Assembly: GCF_009834535.1 (NCBI RefSeq)
Contig: NC_045696.1
Location: 83,578,001 to 83,642,000, forward strand
DNA from: Camelus ferus
Taxonomy: Eukaryota
Length of the DNA stretch: 64,000 bases
Direction: 5' to 3'
Shown here: positions 61,092 to 64,000 of the stretch, one piece after another
Position numbering within the stretch: position 1 is the first letter of the stretch
Layout of the letters: each line of letters starts with the position of its first letter
The notes under the pieces: model-generated
What the model was told of the DNA's origin: nothing
What the model saw: only the letters and a program-made list of their open reading frames with translations
Databases searched by the model: none
Made by a program: the position numbers and the translations under genes

Positions 61092-62439
61092 TATAATTCT
61101 TCTGTTTCTGTGTCCTGTGTTATTTATAAAGATTTTAAAAGGCAAACATAGTAAAAACAAAATTACAAATTACATCATAGCACAAAATGAGCTACTACAC
61201 AGACTTTTAAGTGATGATTTTGGAACATATAATTGACATGGGCAGAATGCTCATGACAAGACAAATGAAAAGTAAGGATGCAAATGCATACAGTATGATC
61301 TAATTTTATAACCATATTTAACATGTATAAATAATGTAGTATATGCATATATAATAAATAACTAGACTTTCCTACACTTCAATAATTATATATATATATA
61401 TATTTTCCCAGTAAGTATTACATATCACCCAGCCGCTTGCAAAACTGTCCCGAGTGTTTCTGGCAGTAATCTGGAAGCACACGTGAAGATATTCACTTTA
61501 ACCCCCACCACGCACTCCCTCAGCCCGTTCCCTTGGGAATGCCCTATTGAGCACTGCAGTCTTCTGCCAGGAATTGCCACCATTACCTTTTATCAGACAC
61601 TATTCCCAAATGACTAAATAATGCTCAGAAAAAGAAAAGCTACAAACTCTCAACAGCCCCACAGGATAGTAAGTTCTGCCTTCCCTAAAATGTCCTAGAT
61701 GCCTGTTTTCATTCATGTATTATATTCACGATGGTTTGTTGATTGTCTGGAACCTACAGTTCACATTACTGAAAGGCTTAGCAAACCAGTGAATCCCCAA
61801 AACTTTCTGAACTCTCAGATATTTGTTGTAGGGCATGCCAGCAAGATTATGAGCTATATTTTCTTAGGATTTATGCTTAGCAGCTGTTTGGACACTGAAC
61901 ATCTCACATATTTCATGACATCAGTCAAGGAACAATATTGAGATTATATCACCAAGACATTTGTTCATATGCCTGCAAGATATTTCTAATGTAATTATAT
62001 CATCTATTTAAGCTTGTTCTTCCCAATAATTCACATCACTAATCATTTTCTCCATGAACCACTGGAAAGTCACAGGAGTCATAAGATTCCTTAGAATTTT
62101 TTAAATTTTGGTAGGGCCCCAGCGGGGTGGTGAATACCATCTTGACCCCTTCTTTCTTAGCCATAAGGATATGAAATATTACTCCATTGTATACATCTGT
62201 ACAGTTTGTATACTGCCTGACAGAAGACAGCACACTATCTAAAGGAGTGTCGTTTACACCTTAGTCACTATAGTTTTGCACAAAATGTTTCATTATAAAT
62301 CATTACATGATGGAAGTTATTACACATTGTTTTAAGAAGTACGGTATCTCACGCATGAGAGTGACTTTGTTAAATTTGCAAAAAGGCATTGTGCGGACCT
62401 TTAACAGCTCTAGGACTGACTGCAGTCACTTTTAAGTCC

Positions 62440-63050
62440 AACTTTGAATGGCCCTAGCTAATGGTTAGGTAACTAAGAGAAACTGAGTTGATGTTCAGTG
62501 GAGTGGATGACTCCACGGAGACAGAGAAGGAAAGGCAGAGAAGGATAAACTATACTTCAGCACTGGAAACAAGAGACTGGAACTCAAGAGAAAAGTAAGG
62601 GGTACAAGTCTAGAGAGCTGAATTTGTGAGAGTGAATGAGACTGCCCCAATAGATGATGTCTATATTGGGCAAGAATATGCCTAGGGATAAAAAAAAAAA
62701 AAATCAATAACCTAGCCCTGAAGAGTCAGAGGAAAAGGTAGAAACACAAATAGAAAATGGTCAGAGTATTAAGAGGACGAGAAGAAAAAGTATCCTAGAA
62801 ACAAAGAGAAATAGGCAACCAATACTATCAAGAGTAAAGATGAATCAAGGAGAGTAAGGATTGAAAAGAGGTGGTCAGCTACAATGAATGTGACGTCCCT
62901 GGTGCCTTCAGCAAGACTAGACTCTAGGAAGGAAATGGTGTGGAAATTAGATTGCAGTGAGTGAGCAGGGAATGAAAACCGAGGAACAAGTGGCAATAAA
63001 TGTAGACTAGATTCCTAGGAAATCTGGTTTTGAATAAAGAGAGATTAGTA
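62440..63050 (-). mobile_element. LINE-2 fragment
   Basis: Purine-rich L2 antisense features (caaggagagtaaggattgaaaagag, aattagattgcagtgagtgag, tgtagactag.ttc.taggaaatctgg). Confidence 0.6.
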
Positions 63051-63619
63051 TTTCAAATGCATTTTTTCATGAAAAAAATGCTGCGTTAGAGGTTAATTTC
63101 CTCGGTCAGTCTACCACACTTACTTAGTCCATAATGAAATGCAGAAACTGCAGATTTATGATTGAAACTAGAGGAGAGAAATGCTATGGAACATTTGTAA
63201 TAAAACAAAACCAGATTAATATATCTTAATAATAAATTGTTTTTATATGTCTTGAATGCTGGTAGCTGGGGAAGATAGGTTTATTTAAGGAATCATGACT
63301 TAGCAGATATTTTTTATGTAAGGATTCTGGTATGAACTCCAAGAACATTTTAAGGTCTTAAATTTTTTGTGTGTATCTAGTTTTGCTTCTAAACAAATGA
63401 TTGTGCTTTATTTTGATTCTTCTCTGTCACTGGCATTAGTCCCTGAGTTTCTAGCTCTATTTGGAGTTGTTTAGGTGTTTGTAAATATAAGAGGGGAAGG
63501 TAAGAAAGAAGTGGTAGTGAAAAAGTATACTAAAAAGCCAGTCTCAAGGTTAGAGTGGAGAAAAGAAGTCTCTGATTCAAAGGCATTTTCTAAGTACATT
63601 CATATCCAAGGTGATCAGA

Positions 63620-64000
63620 TCTTGAAATCATAATGTTTGCTTGGATAGATGGAAAAATCTTCAACAAAATATTAACAAATGGAATCCAGTAATATATAAA
63701 AAGATTAATATAGCTTGACAACTGGGGTCTTTCCCAGAAATATACAATATTGACAATTTAAAAAAGAAAAATCATATGATCATCTTAATAGATAAGAAAA
63801 AGCATTTTACAACACTTAAGCCTATTTCCGATTTAAAATTCCTACGAAACTAAGAATCAAACGGAAGTTTTTTAATCTAACATAGTATTCAATGGTAAGA
63901 GATTGAATATTTTTCCCTAAGGTTGAGAACAAGACGAGTATATTCACTTTCACCACTATATTCAACATTGTACTCAAAGTTCTATGCAAAAAAAAAAAAA
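63620..64000 (+). mobile_element. LINE-1 ORF2 reverse-transcriptase region fragment, degraded
   Basis: aaaaatcatatgatcatcttaatagat..gaaaaagcattt and ttttccctaaggttgagaacaagac....ttttcaccactatattcaacattgtact are L1 RT hallmarks. Confidence 0.85.

Overview
Mammalian, repeat-rich genomic DNA, probably camelid (a Vic-1-like tRNA-derived SINE with target-site duplications lies at ~60.96-61.09 kb). The only host gene I can support is the first coding exon of EGFEM1 (EGF-like and EMI domain containing 1, a MEGF6 paralogue). It lies on the minus strand in a CpG island at ~7.9-8.8 kb and reads MTWRL*LWCFCAWVAAGWPPGSALQLRPSM|gtaagt, so a TAG at codon 6 interrupts the signal peptide and suggests a pseudogene. 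Positions 1-8171 are intron 1. Positions ~8.8-64 kb are upstream intergenic DNA with L1, L2, L3/CR1, MIR, MER5/20/58, MLT1, LTR40 and MER21 relics, a strong CTCF motif and two small CpG-rich patches. The most unusual element is a ~2.7 kb decayed, intronless, protein-coding-like tract in intron 1 (~4.39-7.07 kb, minus strand). It resembles no transposon I recognise, is split by a MIR, ends in TAG plus TAGAAAAAA, and shows weak, correctly ordered resemblance to Mononegavirales L-protein capping and methyltransferase motifs. It is a candidate ancient endogenous viral element and needs a homology search. Repeat family names come from recalled consensus sequences and boundaries are approximate unless a TSD is quoted.
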